From: an uncultured beta proteobacterium
GTDB lineage: Bacteria; Pseudomonadota; Gammaproteobacteria; Burkholderiales; SG8-39
Direction of reading: 5' to 3'
NCBI GenBank assembly: GCA_903859155.1
Contig: CAIOLO010000063.1
Span: forward strand, 10,408-74,407
Length of the DNA stretch: 64,000 nt
Shown: in pieces, positions 38,172 to 48,691 of the stretch
How positions within the stretch are numbered: position 1 is the stretch's first letter
How the letters are laid out: the number at the start of each line of letters is the position of its first letter
Made by a program: the position numbers and the translations under genes
Notes under the pieces: model-generated
The model's database searches: none
What the model saw: only the letters and a program-made list of their open reading frames with translations
Told to the model about the DNA's origin: nothing

Positions 38172-39064
38172 GCGGGCGCTTGGCCGCCCTTGCGGCGTGG
38201 CACGTCTGCCAGATTCCAGTGGGCAAGGGCCCAGGTCCAGATGTCCGCAGGGGTGCCCTGTCGCAGCCCGTCGGGCGCCGGCTGGCCGAGAAATTGCAGC
38301 GCGTGCACCAGCTGGTCGGCGTCCCGGCCGGGGCTTACGGCTTTGGCAAGCGTCTGCTTGGAGAGTTTTTCACCCGCGTCATTCAATGCCACCGGCACAT
38401 GCGCATAACCCGGCGTGGCGAAGCCAAGCAGGCGCTGCAGCAGCATTTGGCGCGAGGTGGATCCCAAGAGGTCGGCGCCGCGCACCACCTCGGTGATGCC
38501 CTGCGCCGCGTCGTCCACCACCACCGCAAGCTGGTAGGCGAACAGGCCATCGGCGCGGCGCAGCACGAAATCTCCGCTCACGCGCGCCAGTTCATGCCGC
38601 ACCGGACCCTGCACGCCATCATCGAAGCCGACCTCGTCATGGTCGACCCGCAGGCGCAGCGCGCGTGCGGCGCGCCCCGGGGCGATGCCGTTTCTGCAGG
38701 TGCCCGGATAGACGCGCTCGCCGTCGAAGTTGAGCGATGAATCGGCGACTTCCTTTCTGCTGCAGGCGCAGGGAAACACCCGGCCAAGCGCCTGCAGGCG
38801 CGCCAGTGCGCCGGCATAAGCGGCAGTGCGCCGGCTCTGGACCATGACTTCGCCTTCCCAGGCAAATCCCAGCCGTTCCAGGGTGCGCAGGATTGCGTCG
38901 GCGGCGCCCGGTTGTGCGCGCGCGACATCGAGATCTTCCATGCGCACCAGCCACGTGCCGCCATGGACGCGGGCCTCGCAGTAGCTGGCGACGGCGGCAA
39001 CCAGCGATCCGAAATGCAGCGGGCCGGTGGGCGAAGGGGCGAAGCGTCCGCGATAGGGTTTCAT
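38159..39064 (-). CDS. gluQ: tRNA glutamyl-Q(34) synthetase (GluQRS/YadB)
   Basis: Start MKPYRGRFAPSPTGPLHFGSL (HIGH-like motif). The length fits a truncated GluRS catalytic domain. Confidence 0.85.
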   Translation of the reverse strand: MKPYRGRFAPSPTGPLHFGSLVAAVASYCEARVHGGTWLVRMEDLDVARAQPGAADAILRTLERLGFAWEGEVMVQSRRTAAYAGALARLQALGRVFPCACSRKEVADSSLNFDGERVYPGTCRNGIAPGRAARALRLRVDHDEVGFDDGVQGPVRHELARVSGDFVLRRADGLFAYQLAVVVDDAAQGITEVVRGADLLGSTSRQMLLQRLLGFATPGYAHVPVALNDAGEKLSKQTLAKAVSPGRDADQLVHALQFLGQPAPDGLRQGTPADIWTWALAHWNLADVPRRKGGQAPAGFL

Positions 39065-39152
39065 GCGGGGGATTCTCGCATCTGACGGGAGCCGCACGCA
39101 GCTTGTAATACACTTGCGGCCCGCGGTCTGCGCAATCCACGAGGAGTAACAG

Positions 39153-39950
39153 ATGGTCGAATTTCGCCAAGCGGCAATGGCATCCATGGCGGCGGCGTTG
39201 GTGTTGCTGCCGCTCAAGGCGTTTTCCCTCGATGCCGCCGGCGTCCTCAGGCAGGCCTCGCATGCGATGGGCGCAACCGACCTGCACAGCCTGCGCTATG
39301 TCGGCAGCGGCACCGCGGCCGTATCCGGCCAGGCAGGCGAGCCCGCTTCGTCGCGGCCGATGCGCAAGCTTTCGCGTTATGTGCGCAGCATCAACTATGA
39401 GAGCGCATCCCTGTCCGAGGAGGCCACCGAGCAACCAGCCGCAGGTGGCGCGTCTGCCCCGAGCGGAGCGCAGAGCGAGCGCCGCGGCAGCACTTTCGTC
39501 AGCGGGCCCTATGCATGGAACGTCGCGGGTGCCGCGGCTTCCTCTGCGGCGCCCGCGGCCAGCGAACGCGTGCACGAGCTGTGGATCACGCCGCAGGGTG
39601 TGATCAAGGCGGCGATCCGCAACCACGCGACGCTCGAGTGGAAAAAGCAGGGCGGCCGGTGGCTTGCCGCAGTGTCTTTTGCTGAACCTGGTCGATTCAA
39701 TGCAACGGCTTACATCAATGAAAAATTCCTGGTGGAAAAGATCGAGTCGCGCCTGCCGGCCCAGGGAAAGGGCGAAACGACGCTGGTGACGAGTTACGGT
39801 GAATACCAGAGCTTCGGTCCGATCATGTTTCCGATGCGCATCCGGCAGACCGCGGACGGTCAGGAGGTGCTCGATATAACGGTCCGGGAAACCCAGCCCA
39901 ATACGCCGATCAATATCACCGTGCCTGAGTCCCTGCGGACGCCGCGTTAG
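39153..39950 (+). CDS. Hypothetical exported protein
   Basis: GAGGAG RBS and a signal-like N-terminus (MASMAAALVLLPLKAFS). No recognised domain. Confidence 0.6.
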   Translation: MVEFRQAAMASMAAALVLLPLKAFSLDAAGVLRQASHAMGATDLHSLRYVGSGTAAVSGQAGEPASSRPMRKLSRYVRSINYESASLSEEATEQPAAGGASAPSGAQSERRGSTFVSGPYAWNVAGAAASSAAPAASERVHELWITPQGVIKAAIRNHATLEWKKQGGRWLAAVSFAEPGRFNATAYINEKFLVEKIESRLPAQGKGETTLVTSYGEYQSFGPIMFPMRIRQTADGQEVLDITVRETQPNTPINITVPESLRTPR

Positions 39951-40147
39951 ACGGCGGCTGCGGAAACAGCGGCCGTTCCGGCACTCGTTGCCGCAATCGC
40001 CGCGGCGCAGGGGGCGGCAGGGCCATCTGCTAAAATCCCGGGCGGATTCAGTATGAGCGAAGCACCCCTGCGGGCGCAGCGCCCCTGCGCCGGCGGCGCT
40101 TCCGCGAAATCGGATGCGGCCGCTCCGATAATAAATGACAAGGACAA

Positions 40148-40537
40148 ATGATCATGGCGAGCGTCGCTTTGACCAAGGAAAATTTCGAACAGGTGGTCAA
40201 CGGCAACGACATGGTCGTGATTGACTTCTGGGCGCCCTGGTGCGGGCCGTGCCGTGCATTCGAGCCGACTTTCGAGGCCGCGTCGGACAGGCACACGGAC
40301 GTGGTGTTCGCCAAGGTCAACACCGACGAAGAGCCCGAACTCGGACAGGCGTTCAATGTCCGCTCGATTCCGACACTGATGGTCTTCCGCGGGAAAGTGG
40401 TGATTTATTCCGAAGCCGGCGCGCTGCCACCTGCAGGGCTGGAGGAGATGGTCACCGAGGCAAAGGGGCTCGACATGGAAGAAGTCATGCGCCAGATCGC
40501 CCGGCAGGAAGGTTCCGCTGAAGGCGGCACGGCCTGA
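40148..40537 (+). CDS. Thioredoxin
   Basis: The WCGPC active site in FWAPWCGPCRAF. C-terminal extension. Confidence 0.9.
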   Translation: MIMASVALTKENFEQVVNGNDMVVIDFWAPWCGPCRAFEPTFEAASDRHTDVVFAKVNTDEEPELGQAFNVRSIPTLMVFRGKVVIYSEAGALPPAGLEEMVTEAKGLDMEEVMRQIARQEGSAEGGTA

Positions 40538-40589
40538 GCCGCGCACGGCTGCTGCCTGCGGCGGCGCGCGTTCGAGGTACGCAGGGGTG

Positions 40590-41123
40590 ATGTCGGGACA
40601 CGCAGCGGCCCGGGGCTTGCTCGCACCGGCTGCGGTGAGGTGGCTTTTCGCGTCTTTGGCGTTATGTGCATTGACGCCGCTTCTGGGGGGAACCATGGGA
40701 CTTTTCAGCGGGCAGCGGCCGGACAATCTGGGCGCCAGAGACGGGCGTCTGGCTCCCTGCGCAAGCACGCCCAACTGCGTGAGCAGCCAGGCCGATCCCC
40801 GGGATGGCGGCCACTATATTGCGCCGCTGGTCATCGCCGGAACGGCATCCGCGGCCTGGTCGGCCCTGGCCGAGGTGCTGCGCGGCGCGCAGCGCGTGCA
40901 CATCGTCGCTGAAAAACCGGGCTATCTTTATGCCGAATTCACGTCCCGGTTGATGGGCTATGTGGATGACGTCGAGTTCCTGCTGGAGGACAAGGCCGCG
41001 CTGATTCACGTGCGTTCGGCCTCGCGCTTGGGGCAAAGTGATTTCGGCGTCAACCGCAAGCGCGTCGAGGCGATCCGCGCCGCGCTCGGTGCCGCTCCGG
41101 GTGCGCGCCCGGACGCGAAGTAG
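40590..41123 (+). CDS. DUF1499-family protein with N-terminal membrane anchor
   Basis: L(A)PC.STPNCVSS motif and VDDVEF...IHVRSASRLGQSDFGVNRKR are typical DUF1499. Confidence 0.7.
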   Translation: MSGHAAARGLLAPAAVRWLFASLALCALTPLLGGTMGLFSGQRPDNLGARDGRLAPCASTPNCVSSQADPRDGGHYIAPLVIAGTASAAWSALAEVLRGAQRVHIVAEKPGYLYAEFTSRLMGYVDDVEFLLEDKAALIHVRSASRLGQSDFGVNRKRVEAIRAALGAAPGARPDAK

Positions 41124-41179
41124 GCCAGGCGCAATGACAGCTTCCATGCATTGCCGCCCGCCGCGGGGCAGATGAAGCC

Positions 41180-42355
41180 GTGACAGGCGATCCCAAATTT
41201 CGCCTTAAAGCCGCGCTGCTGCTGGTTTCCAGTTTTTCGGTGATGGCCAATGCGACCATCGCCGCGTCGATGCCGCGCATGGCCGAGGTATTCAGCGGCA
41301 CGCCCGGCGCGCAATTCTTGAGCAAGATGATTCTCACCACGCCGGCGCTGTTCATCGTGATGTGCGCGCCGCTTGCCGGTGTGCTGATCGACCGCTACGG
41401 CCGGCTGAAATATCTTTTCGCCAGCATGTTGCTTTACGGTTTTGCCGGCTCCTCGGGATTCTTCCTGAACGACCTGCACGGCATTCTGGCGGGGCGGGCG
41501 CTGTTGGGTGTCGCGGTAGCGGGGATCATGACCACCGCGACCACCCTGCTGGGCGATTATTTCGTCGGCGAGGAACGCCTGAAATACGCCGGCATGCAGG
41601 GAATGTTCATGTCCATGTCCGGTGTGGTATTCGTGGGCGTGGGCGGCATTCTGGCGGAGTTCGACTGGCGCTGGCCGTTCCTGGTTTATCTGTCCGCGTG
41701 GGCGGCCCTGCTGCCCGCGGTGAAATACCTGCGGGAACCGGTACGCCAGGCGCGCAAGGCCGGCGATCTGGCCGAGGCGCGGGCGCCGCTCAAGCCTTTG
41801 GCGCTGTCCTATGCACTGACTTTTTTCCTGCTGGTGGTTTTTTACATGATGCCGGTGCAGGTGCCGTTTCTGCTGCGCGGCATTGGCGTGAATTCCACCG
41901 GCCTGGCGGCCCTGGTGATCAGCCTGGCGTCCCTGACCAGCGGCGGCGGCGCGATGATGCAGCACCGCTTTCACTACCGCATCGGCTTCGTCAGCATCTA
42001 CGCGTATGCGATGCTGGTGATCGCCGCCGGCTATGCCGCGATCGCGCTGACGCAAAGTTATGCGGTGGTGCTGCTGGGGGCGGGCATCTCCGGATTCGGC
42101 GTGGGCATGCTGTTCCCCAATGCCGCGCTGTGGGTGAACACCCTGGCCCCGGCCCGACTGCGCGGCAGGCTCCTCGGGATGATGACCGCCTCCATGTATC
42201 TGGGACAATTTTTTTCGCCGATACTGATGGAACCGGTGGTCACCGCGGTGGGCCTGTCGGGGGCATTCGGCGTTGCCGCGGCGGCGGCGGTGTTGGTGGC
42301 GGTGCTGCTGTGGTTCACCTGTCGCGGGTTCGATCGTCACAAGATTTCGGCGTAG
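41180..42355 (+). CDS. MFS transporter
   Basis: 391 aa with about 12 TM helices. DRYGR motif in loop 2-3. Confidence 0.8.
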   Translation: MTGDPKFRLKAALLLVSSFSVMANATIAASMPRMAEVFSGTPGAQFLSKMILTTPALFIVMCAPLAGVLIDRYGRLKYLFASMLLYGFAGSSGFFLNDLHGILAGRALLGVAVAGIMTTATTLLGDYFVGEERLKYAGMQGMFMSMSGVVFVGVGGILAEFDWRWPFLVYLSAWAALLPAVKYLREPVRQARKAGDLAEARAPLKPLALSYALTFFLLVVFYMMPVQVPFLLRGIGVNSTGLAALVISLASLTSGGGAMMQHRFHYRIGFVSIYAYAMLVIAAGYAAIALTQSYAVVLLGAGISGFGVGMLFPNAALWVNTLAPARLRGRLLGMMTASMYLGQFFSPILMEPVVTAVGLSGAFGVAAAAAVLVAVLLWFTCRGFDRHKISA

Positions 42356-42517
42356 CAAGGTTGCGGCGTAGCAAGGGCATGGCGAGCCGCGGCGGCCGGA
42401 TTCCGGTCGCGTTGGCCTTCCGCCACGGGAACGACGGCTCGGGGGAGCCGGGACTCCTTTCTGTCGCGTGCGTAATCGCGCGCGGGGCGCGTGCCCCGCG
42501 ACGGCTACAATGGCGCC

Positions 42518-43174
42518 ATGGAATCCATTGCCGCAAAAACCATTGTCATTCTGATCTCCGGACGCGGCAGCAACATGCAGGCGATCGTCGAGGCGCGCCT
42601 GCCGCTGCGTGTGGCGGCGGTGATCAGCAACCGGCCCGATGCCGCGGGGCTCGCCTATGCCAGGGAGCATGGACTGGTCGCCGAGGCGATCGATCATCGC
42701 GAATTCTCCAGCCGCGACGACTTTGATGCGGCACTCGCTGCGGCCATCGATCGCCACCGGCCCGATCTGCTGGTGCTGGCGGGGTTCATGCGCATCCTGG
42801 GTGACGCCTTTGTCGGGCGGTTCGCCGGGCGCATGATCAATATTCATCCGTCCCTGCTGCCGGTGTTTCCGGGCCTGCACACGCATCGTCGCGCGCTCGC
42901 CGAAGGCGTGAAAGTGCACGGTGCGACGGTGCATTTCGTCACGCCGTCGCTGGACCACGGACCCATCGTGATCCAGGCCGCGGTGCCGGTGCTGCCCGAT
43001 GACGACGAGGCGACGCTGGCTGAGCGCGTGCTCGAGCAGGAACATCGCATTTATCCGCTGGCGCTACGCTGGTTCGCCGAGGACAGGCTGGTCTTAGATG
43101 GCGGCCGGGTGCGGATCAAGCCCGGTCACGCGGGTTCCCGGGACAGCGCGCAGTTGCTGATGGCTGCTTCATGA
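42518..43174 (+). CDS. purN: Phosphoribosylglycinamide formyltransferase
   Basis: ILISGRGSNMQAI, INIHPSLLP and HGATVHFV motifs. Confidence 0.9.
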   Translation: MESIAAKTIVILISGRGSNMQAIVEARLPLRVAAVISNRPDAAGLAYAREHGLVAEAIDHREFSSRDDFDAALAAAIDRHRPDLLVLAGFMRILGDAFVGRFAGRMINIHPSLLPVFPGLHTHRRALAEGVKVHGATVHFVTPSLDHGPIVIQAAVPVLPDDDEATLAERVLEQEHRIYPLALRWFAEDRLVLDGGRVRIKPGHAGSRDSAQLLMAAS

Positions 43175-43911
43175 ATACCGACGTGATCCTCCCCCCGCAT
43201 GCGAACGGCTGGTCGCGCCGCCTGGTCGCGGCAGTGCTCGCCGCGCTGCTGGGATGGTCGGGCGCGGTGTTCGCGCTGCCGCCGCACAAGCTGAGCGTGC
43301 AATACGAGTTGAGCCGCAATGGCACGGTCATGGTGGAACTGACCGAGACGCTGACCCATGACGGCAAGAGCTACCAGATCGATTCGGACGCGCGCGGCAA
43401 GGGCCTGTTTGCGTTGTCCAATCGCGGCACGGTCAAGCGCGCAAGCCGCGGCACGGTCGAGGCGGGCGGCATCCGGCCGCTGGAGTTTCGCGACCAGCGC
43501 GGCGACCGGCAAGCGGAATTCGCGCGTTTCGACTGGGCGAAGCACCAGGTGGTGGAGGAGCGCGACGGCAAAAGCGAGGCAACGCCGATCAAGGGCGCGA
43601 TGCACGACCGCCTGTCGTTCCTGTGGAGCTTTGCGTTCACGCCGCCGGCCGGCGCGGAAATCGCGCTCGAGGTGGCCGACGGGCGCGGCGTGAGCCGTTT
43701 TCGTTATGCCATCACCGGTCCGGAAAAACTCAAGACGCCTGCCGGTGAATTCGATGTGATGAAACTCGCCAAGCAGCGTGAACCCGGCGACGAGCGCGGC
43801 ACCGAGGTGTGGCTGGCGGTGCGCCACCATTTCGTCCCGGTGCGCGTGCTGGTGGTCGAGAAAGACGGCACGCGCATCGACCAGCTTGCCACGCGCATGG
43901 CCTCCGAATGA
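43171..43911 (+). CDS. DUF3108-family protein
   Basis: Signal-like N-terminus. The purN-DUF3108-methyltransferase order is, as I recall it, conserved. Confidence 0.65.
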   Translation: MNTDVILPPHANGWSRRLVAAVLAALLGWSGAVFALPPHKLSVQYELSRNGTVMVELTETLTHDGKSYQIDSDARGKGLFALSNRGTVKRASRGTVEAGGIRPLEFRDQRGDRQAEFARFDWAKHQVVEERDGKSEATPIKGAMHDRLSFLWSFAFTPPAGAEIALEVADGRGVSRFRYAITGPEKLKTPAGEFDVMKLAKQREPGDERGTEVWLAVRHHFVPVRVLVVEKDGTRIDQLATRMASE

Positions 43912-45164
43912 GGTTTACCGAAGAGAATTTCGACGCGACCTGCGAAGCCTGCGCCGAGGTGCTGCGGCTGAAGTACCCGGCCGACGGCGTGCTGTCGGGG
44001 TTTTTCCGCCAGCATCCGCAACTGGGCAGGCAGGATCGTGCCCTGGTGGCGGAGACCGTCTACGCGGTGTTGCGCCGGCGCCGGATGCTGGAATTCATGC
44101 TGGGCGGCAGCGCGGTGCGCCAGATGGTGCTCGCCGCCTGGGCGGTGTTTCTCGGGGCGAACATGCGCGAGCTCGAGGCCATCGCGCGGCGCGGCGACCT
44201 GGAAAAAATTGCCGAAGCCAAGCGCCTGGCGCACGCGGAAATGCCGCTGGCAATCGCCTGTGACATGCCCGACTGGCTGATCGAAAAGCTCACCGCGCAG
44301 TACGGCGAGACCGAACTGCGCGCCCTCGCCGCCGGCCTGCTGCAGAGCGCGCCGCTCGATCTGCGCGTCAATATCGTCAAGACCTCGCGCGACGAGGCGC
44401 GTGCGCGCCTTGCCGTCGACGGCGTCACCGTCATCGACACGCCGTATTCGCCCTATGGCCTGCGCGTTTCGGGCAAGCCGCCGATCAACCGCCATCCGCT
44501 GTTCGTCGCCGGCGCGCTGGAGGTGCAGGACGAGGGCAGCCAGCTGCTGTGCATGCTGCTGGGTGCCAGGCGCGGCGAGATGGTGGCCGATTTCTGCGCC
44601 GGTGCGGGCGGCAAGTCCCTGGCCATCGGCATGCTGATGCGCTCCACGGGGAGGTTGAACGCCTTCGATGTGTCGGAGAAGCGGTTGGCGAAAATGAAGC
44701 CGCGCCTGGCGCGCTCGGGTCTGTCGAACGTGCATCCGCGGCGCATCGAAAGCGAAAAGGACATCCGGCTGCAGCGGCTCGCGGGAAAACTGGATCGCGT
44801 GCTGGTGGACGCACCCTGCAGCGGCCTGGGCACGCTGCGCCGCAATCCCGACATCAAATGGCGCCAGACGCCCGAGGCGGTTGCGCAGATGCAGCTCAAA
44901 CAGCAGTCGATTCTCGCCGCCGCCGCAAAACTGCTGCGCCCCGGCGGGCGCCTGGTGTATGCCACCTGCAGCCTGCTGGAGGAGGAGAACCGCGCGGTCG
45001 TTGTGGCGTTTCTGGCCACGCACAGTGAATTCAGTCTGCGCCCGGCAGGCGAGGTGTTGCGCGAGGAGCGGATTTCCCTGGAGATGGGCGATTACCTGGA
45101 ATTGCGGCCGCATGTGCACGGCACCGACGGATTTTTTGCGGCGGTGCTGGAGCGCAGCATCTGA
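43908..45164 (+). CDS. RsmB/NOP-family SAM-dependent RNA (cytosine-C5) methyltransferase
   Basis: ATGA overlap with the previous gene. DFCAGAGGKS SAM motif, VDAPCSGLGTLRRNPD and YATCS catalytic Cys motifs. Confidence 0.85.
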   Translation: MRFTEENFDATCEACAEVLRLKYPADGVLSGFFRQHPQLGRQDRALVAETVYAVLRRRRMLEFMLGGSAVRQMVLAAWAVFLGANMRELEAIARRGDLEKIAEAKRLAHAEMPLAIACDMPDWLIEKLTAQYGETELRALAAGLLQSAPLDLRVNIVKTSRDEARARLAVDGVTVIDTPYSPYGLRVSGKPPINRHPLFVAGALEVQDEGSQLLCMLLGARRGEMVADFCAGAGGKSLAIGMLMRSTGRLNAFDVSEKRLAKMKPRLARSGLSNVHPRRIESEKDIRLQRLAGKLDRVLVDAPCSGLGTLRRNPDIKWRQTPEAVAQMQLKQQSILAAAAKLLRPGGRLVYATCSLLEEENRAVVVAFLATHSEFSLRPAGEVLREERISLEMGDYLELRPHVHGTDGFFAAVLERSI

Positions 45165-45333
45165 GCCTCCGGCAGGGCGCGGATACGGTGCGCGAAATGC
45201 CCCGTCAAAGGCTGTTTTAGATGTTTGCGTTCAGCCTGTTAGCAGGTGGGTGCGGTGAGCCAACGGTTTTCTTGCGGGGCCGGGAATTTAACGTAGAATT
45301 CGCCGTCAAACGATAACAGGGAGCCCTTCCCAC

Positions 45334-46500
45334 ATGCTGTTTTCCGGCCATTTTGACCTCTCATTCTGGGAACTGCTGGCAGTCTTGCTGGTGCTGACGC
45401 ACATCACCATCGCCAGCGTCACCATTTTCCTGCATCGCTGCCAGGCGCACCGCGCGCTGGACCTGCATCCGATTGCCAGTCATTTTTTCCGCTTGTGGCT
45501 GTGGCTGACCACCGGCATGGTGACCAAGGAGTGGGCCGCGATCCATCGCAAGCATCACGCCAAGTGCGAAACCGTCGATGATCCGCACAGCCCGCAGATC
45601 CTGGGCATCAACCGCGTCCTCTGGCTGGGCGTGTTTTTGTACGTCAAGGAGTCTTTCAATCGCGACACCCTGGAGCGCTATGGCCACGGCACTCCCGACG
45701 ACTGGATGGAGCGCAATGTCTACGCGAGCCACAGCATCATGGGCCTGGTTCTGATGGGTGCGATCAACATCTGGCTGTTCGGCCTGGTGCCCGGCCTGGT
45801 GATACTGGCGGTGCAGATCGCGTGGATTCCCTTCTGGGCCGCCGGCGTGATCAACGGCATCGGGCATTTCTGGGGCTACCGCAGCTGGCAGACCAGCGAG
45901 GCGAGCACCAATATCATTCCGTGGGGCATCTGGATCGGTGGCGAGGAACTGCACAACAACCACCATGCCTTTGCGACCTCGGCCAAACTGTCGAGCAAAT
46001 GGTATGAGTTCGACATCGGCTGGATGTACATCCGCATCCTCGGATTCCTGGGACTGGCGCGGGTGAAGAAGGTCGCGCCGACACCAAAATTCACCAATGC
46101 CAAGCCGGTGGACCTGAACACGCTCGAGGCGGTGATCGCCAATCGCTACGACGTGCTCGCCAAATATGCCGCTTCGCTGAAGGCGACCTATCGCGAGGAA
46201 CTGGCCAAGCTGCAGGCCCGCAAGGACGTGGAATTGATCAAGGGCATCAAGCGCTCACTGAACCGCGACGAGCAGAAACTCGCCGAGACGGAGCGCGCGC
46301 GCCTGGAGCAGGCCCTGGACAAGCATCAGGCGCTGCAGACGGCATACAACATGCGCAAGGAGTTGAAGGCCCTGTGGGAGCGTTCGCATGCCTCCAGCGA
46401 GCAATTATTGAAGCAGTTGCAGGACTGGTGCCATCGCGCCGAAGCGAGCGGCATCCGCCCGCTGCAGGAATTCTCGTTCAGGTTGCGCTGTTACGCCTGA
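45334..46500 (+). CDS. Membrane fatty-acid (acyl-CoA/acyl-lipid) desaturase
   Basis: His boxes HRCQAH, HRKHHAKCE and HNNHHAF. Confidence 0.85.
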   Translation: MLFSGHFDLSFWELLAVLLVLTHITIASVTIFLHRCQAHRALDLHPIASHFFRLWLWLTTGMVTKEWAAIHRKHHAKCETVDDPHSPQILGINRVLWLGVFLYVKESFNRDTLERYGHGTPDDWMERNVYASHSIMGLVLMGAINIWLFGLVPGLVILAVQIAWIPFWAAGVINGIGHFWGYRSWQTSEASTNIIPWGIWIGGEELHNNHHAFATSAKLSSKWYEFDIGWMYIRILGFLGLARVKKVAPTPKFTNAKPVDLNTLEAVIANRYDVLAKYAASLKATYREELAKLQARKDVELIKGIKRSLNRDEQKLAETERARLEQALDKHQALQTAYNMRKELKALWERSHASSEQLLKQLQDWCHRAEASGIRPLQEFSFRLRCYA

Positions 46501-46512
46501 ATCGGGAGGTGA

Positions 46513-46547
46513 AAAGCAAAAGGGCCGCATTGCGGCCCTTTTGCTTT
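46513..46547. terminator. Bidirectional rho-independent terminator
   Basis: AAAGCAAAAGGGCCGC-att-GCGGCCCTTTTGCTTT, a 16-bp stem between the convergent desaturase gene and rpmG. Confidence 0.8.
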
Positions 46548-46567
46548 GGATCTTGCGGCTTGATTAC

Positions 46568-46723
46568 TTACTTGATCTTGCCTTCCTTGTAGATCACGTG
46601 CTTCCTAGCCTTGGGATCGAATTTCATGATTTCGATCTTGTCCGGCTTGGTGCGCTTGTTCTTGGTGGTGGTGTAGAAATGGCCGGTGCCGGCCGTGGAC
46701 TCCAGTTTGATCTTCTCACGCAT
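46568..46723 (-). CDS. rpmG: 50S ribosomal protein L33
   Basis: Hand translation gives [51 protein letters not shown] (51 aa). It is below the ORF-track length cutoff. Confidence 0.9.
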   Translation of the reverse strand: MREKIKLESTAGTGHFYTTTKNKRTKPDKIEIMKFDPKARKHVIYKEGKIK

Positions 46724-46740
46724 GATGCAGGCTCCCGGTT

Positions 46741-46977
46741 CTAGATCTTCTGGCCGGCCGCGCGCAGCTCGGCGAGCACCACGTCGATGCCCTTTTTGTC
46801 GATGGTGCGCAGCGCCGCGCAGGTGACGCGCAGGCTGATCCAGCGCTTTTCGTCTTCCAGCCAGAAACGGCGATATTGCAGATTCGGCAGAAAGCGGCGC
46901 TTGGTCTTGTTGTTGGCGTGGGAAACATTGTGCCCGTACTGCGGCTTCTTCCCGGTGACTTCACATACTCGAGCCAT
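46741..46977 (-). CDS. rpmB: 50S ribosomal protein L28
   Basis: [34 protein letters not shown] matches L28. Confidence 0.9.
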   Translation of the reverse strand: MARVCEVTGKKPQYGHNVSHANNKTKRRFLPNLQYRRFWLEDEKRWISLRVTCAALRTIDKKGIDVVLAELRAAGQKI

Positions 46978-47145
46978 GGTACGGGCTCCGTTTGGAGAAA
47001 GGGCGGCATTATAGGGGGATTGGCGCCGATTATCAACCACCATACTTCACCGGCGCCGACGGGTTTTGATGCGCTGGTTCTCTGGGGGTAAGCTTCGCAA
47101 AAAACGCCTGCAACCCGGCCGAGAAACCTGAATGAGGGACGGAAG

Positions 47146-48237
47146 ATGACGCATGTTGTCCAGGATGGCAGCGGACGGAAATTTGCCGAATATAACCGGC
47201 AGGCAGGGCAGTTCAAGGTCAAACGCGCGGCGCTGAAGACGCTGCCGGTGATCGATGTCAGCCCTTTCGTTCGCGACAGCTCCGCGGAGGAGCGCGGTCG
47301 CGTCGCGCGCGAACTGCGCGAAGTCTGCATCAATATCGGATTCTTCTACATCACCGGTCACGGCATTCCCGAAGCGGAACTGGATGAGGTGATCGAATGG
47401 GGGCACCGTTTCTTCGGCTTGCCGCTCGATGAGAAAATGAAACTGCACCAGTCCCTCAGCCCGGGCAAGCAGGGCTATGTATCGGTCGGCGGCGTCGACC
47501 CCTACGGGAAGTCTGTGGTCGAACCGGACATCAAGGAGCGCTTTGCAATGAGCCGCGAGCGCCTGCCGGACCAGCCCCCCGGGGCGAGTTTCAATACCGG
47601 CGAAGCGGTCTGGCCGGGGCCGGGCATCCTGCCGGGGTTCGAGGAGGCGATGAAAGCGCACCTCTTGAAGCGCTGCGACCTGGCGCGCCGGCTGGTGCGC
47701 GCCATCGCGCTGAGCCTGGAACTGCCCGAGGATTATTTCGATGCGATGTACCGCCATATGGGCGGCACGCTGATGTACAACCATTACCCGCCGGCCGGTA
47801 CCGTGGAGATGAAGCAGACCCAGTGGAATTTCTCGCCGCATACCGACTATGGTGTGGCGACGCTGCTGCTGCAGGACAGCCTGGGCGGATTGCAGGCGCG
47901 CAACGCCGACGGGGAATGGATCGCGGTACCGCCGCTGGCGGGAACCTTTGTCGTCAATATCGGCGACACGCTGCAGATGTGGACCAACGATCTCTATGTT
48001 TCGACGCTGCATCGCGTGACCAATGCCAGCCACAAGGCGCGCATCTCGCAACCTTTGTTCACCTATCCGCACGGCAAGACGCTGATCGAATGCCTGCCTA
48101 CCTGCCACAGCCCGGAAAATCCGCCCCGCTACGAACCGGTCGTCTGCGAGGTCTACAACCAGGCGCTGGTGGACCAGGCCGCGCGCACCGGGCGGCCCGG
48201 GCTGTCAAAACAGACCGCGGCGCGATTCAGGAAATAG
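47146..48237 (+). CDS. 2-oxoglutarate/Fe(II)-dependent oxygenase (isopenicillin N synthase family)
   Basis: HTDYG (HxD) and HRV motifs. IPNS-family N-terminal region. Confidence 0.8.
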   Translation: MTHVVQDGSGRKFAEYNRQAGQFKVKRAALKTLPVIDVSPFVRDSSAEERGRVARELREVCINIGFFYITGHGIPEAELDEVIEWGHRFFGLPLDEKMKLHQSLSPGKQGYVSVGGVDPYGKSVVEPDIKERFAMSRERLPDQPPGASFNTGEAVWPGPGILPGFEEAMKAHLLKRCDLARRLVRAIALSLELPEDYFDAMYRHMGGTLMYNHYPPAGTVEMKQTQWNFSPHTDYGVATLLLQDSLGGLQARNADGEWIAVPPLAGTFVVNIGDTLQMWTNDLYVSTLHRVTNASHKARISQPLFTYPHGKTLIECLPTCHSPENPPRYEPVVCEVYNQALVDQAARTGRPGLSKQTAARFRK

Positions 48238-48389
48238 CTGGCGAGATAGTCAGGACGTCATTTGGTAGTGGCATTTAAATCTGCTTCCAAGGGCGCAAAA
48301 ATCAAAGCGGTCTATTGCGTGACCATGGTCTGCATAACTCCATAGGACCTCCCGCCCATTGGCATAGGGCTGCCGATAAGAGATTGACG

Positions 48390-48410
48390 TATATGTATCG
48401 AATACATATA
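48390..48410. promoter_or_regulatory. Perfect 9-bp inverted repeat upstream of or overlapping the 5' end of the second brnT, candidate TA operator
   Basis: TATATGTAT-cga-ATACATATA in an AT-rich stretch. Confidence 0.5.
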
Positions 48411-48418
48411 GTATAGGT

Positions 48419-48691
48419 TTATCCGCCGAATTTGATCCGAAAAAGGACCTGGCAAACGTCAAGAAGCATGGTGTGTCGCTTTCCGAGGGCGACGGGGTGC
48501 TGAATGACCCTCTGGCGCTCACCGTCGAGGATGACTTCGCGGAGGGCGAACAGCGTTTTGTCACCATCGGAATGAACGCGTTCGGTTCGCTGATGGTCGT
48601 TGTTCACTCTCATCGAGGCAGTGAATCGCGAATCATCTCTGTGCGGAAGGCCGATCCCAAGGAACGGAGAAACTATGAAAAAGGTGTATGA
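48419..48691 (+). CDS. brnT: BrnT-type toxin (DUF497), start codon unresolved
   Basis: AEFDPKKDLANVKKHGVSLSEG...RIISVRKADPKERRNY is the DUF497 pattern. The frame is open from 48380, but the first ATG/GTG/TTG is the GTG at 48473, inside the conserved domain. Confidence 0.6.
   Translation, partial: LSAEFDPKKDLANVKKHGVSLSEGDGVLNDPLALTVEDDFAEGEQRFVTIGMNAFGSLMVVVHSHRGSESRIISVRKADPKERRNYEKGV

Noticed and set aside
41006-43045. Very long antisense ORFs, for example 41006..43045 (679 aa). Others are 31064..32926, 32974..34815, 21237..22814, 22833..24329, 43704..45119, 50581..52047, 61553..62866, 18819..20456 and 63308..63958.
   Set aside because: Each lies opposite a well-recognised gene (MFS/purN, hyuA, hyuB, nadE, the methyltransferase gene, coaBC, lpxK, the hydrolase gene, kdsB). 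Their translations are Arg/Gly/His/Pro-rich low-complexity sequences with no motifs. These are typical shadow ORFs in GC-rich DNA.
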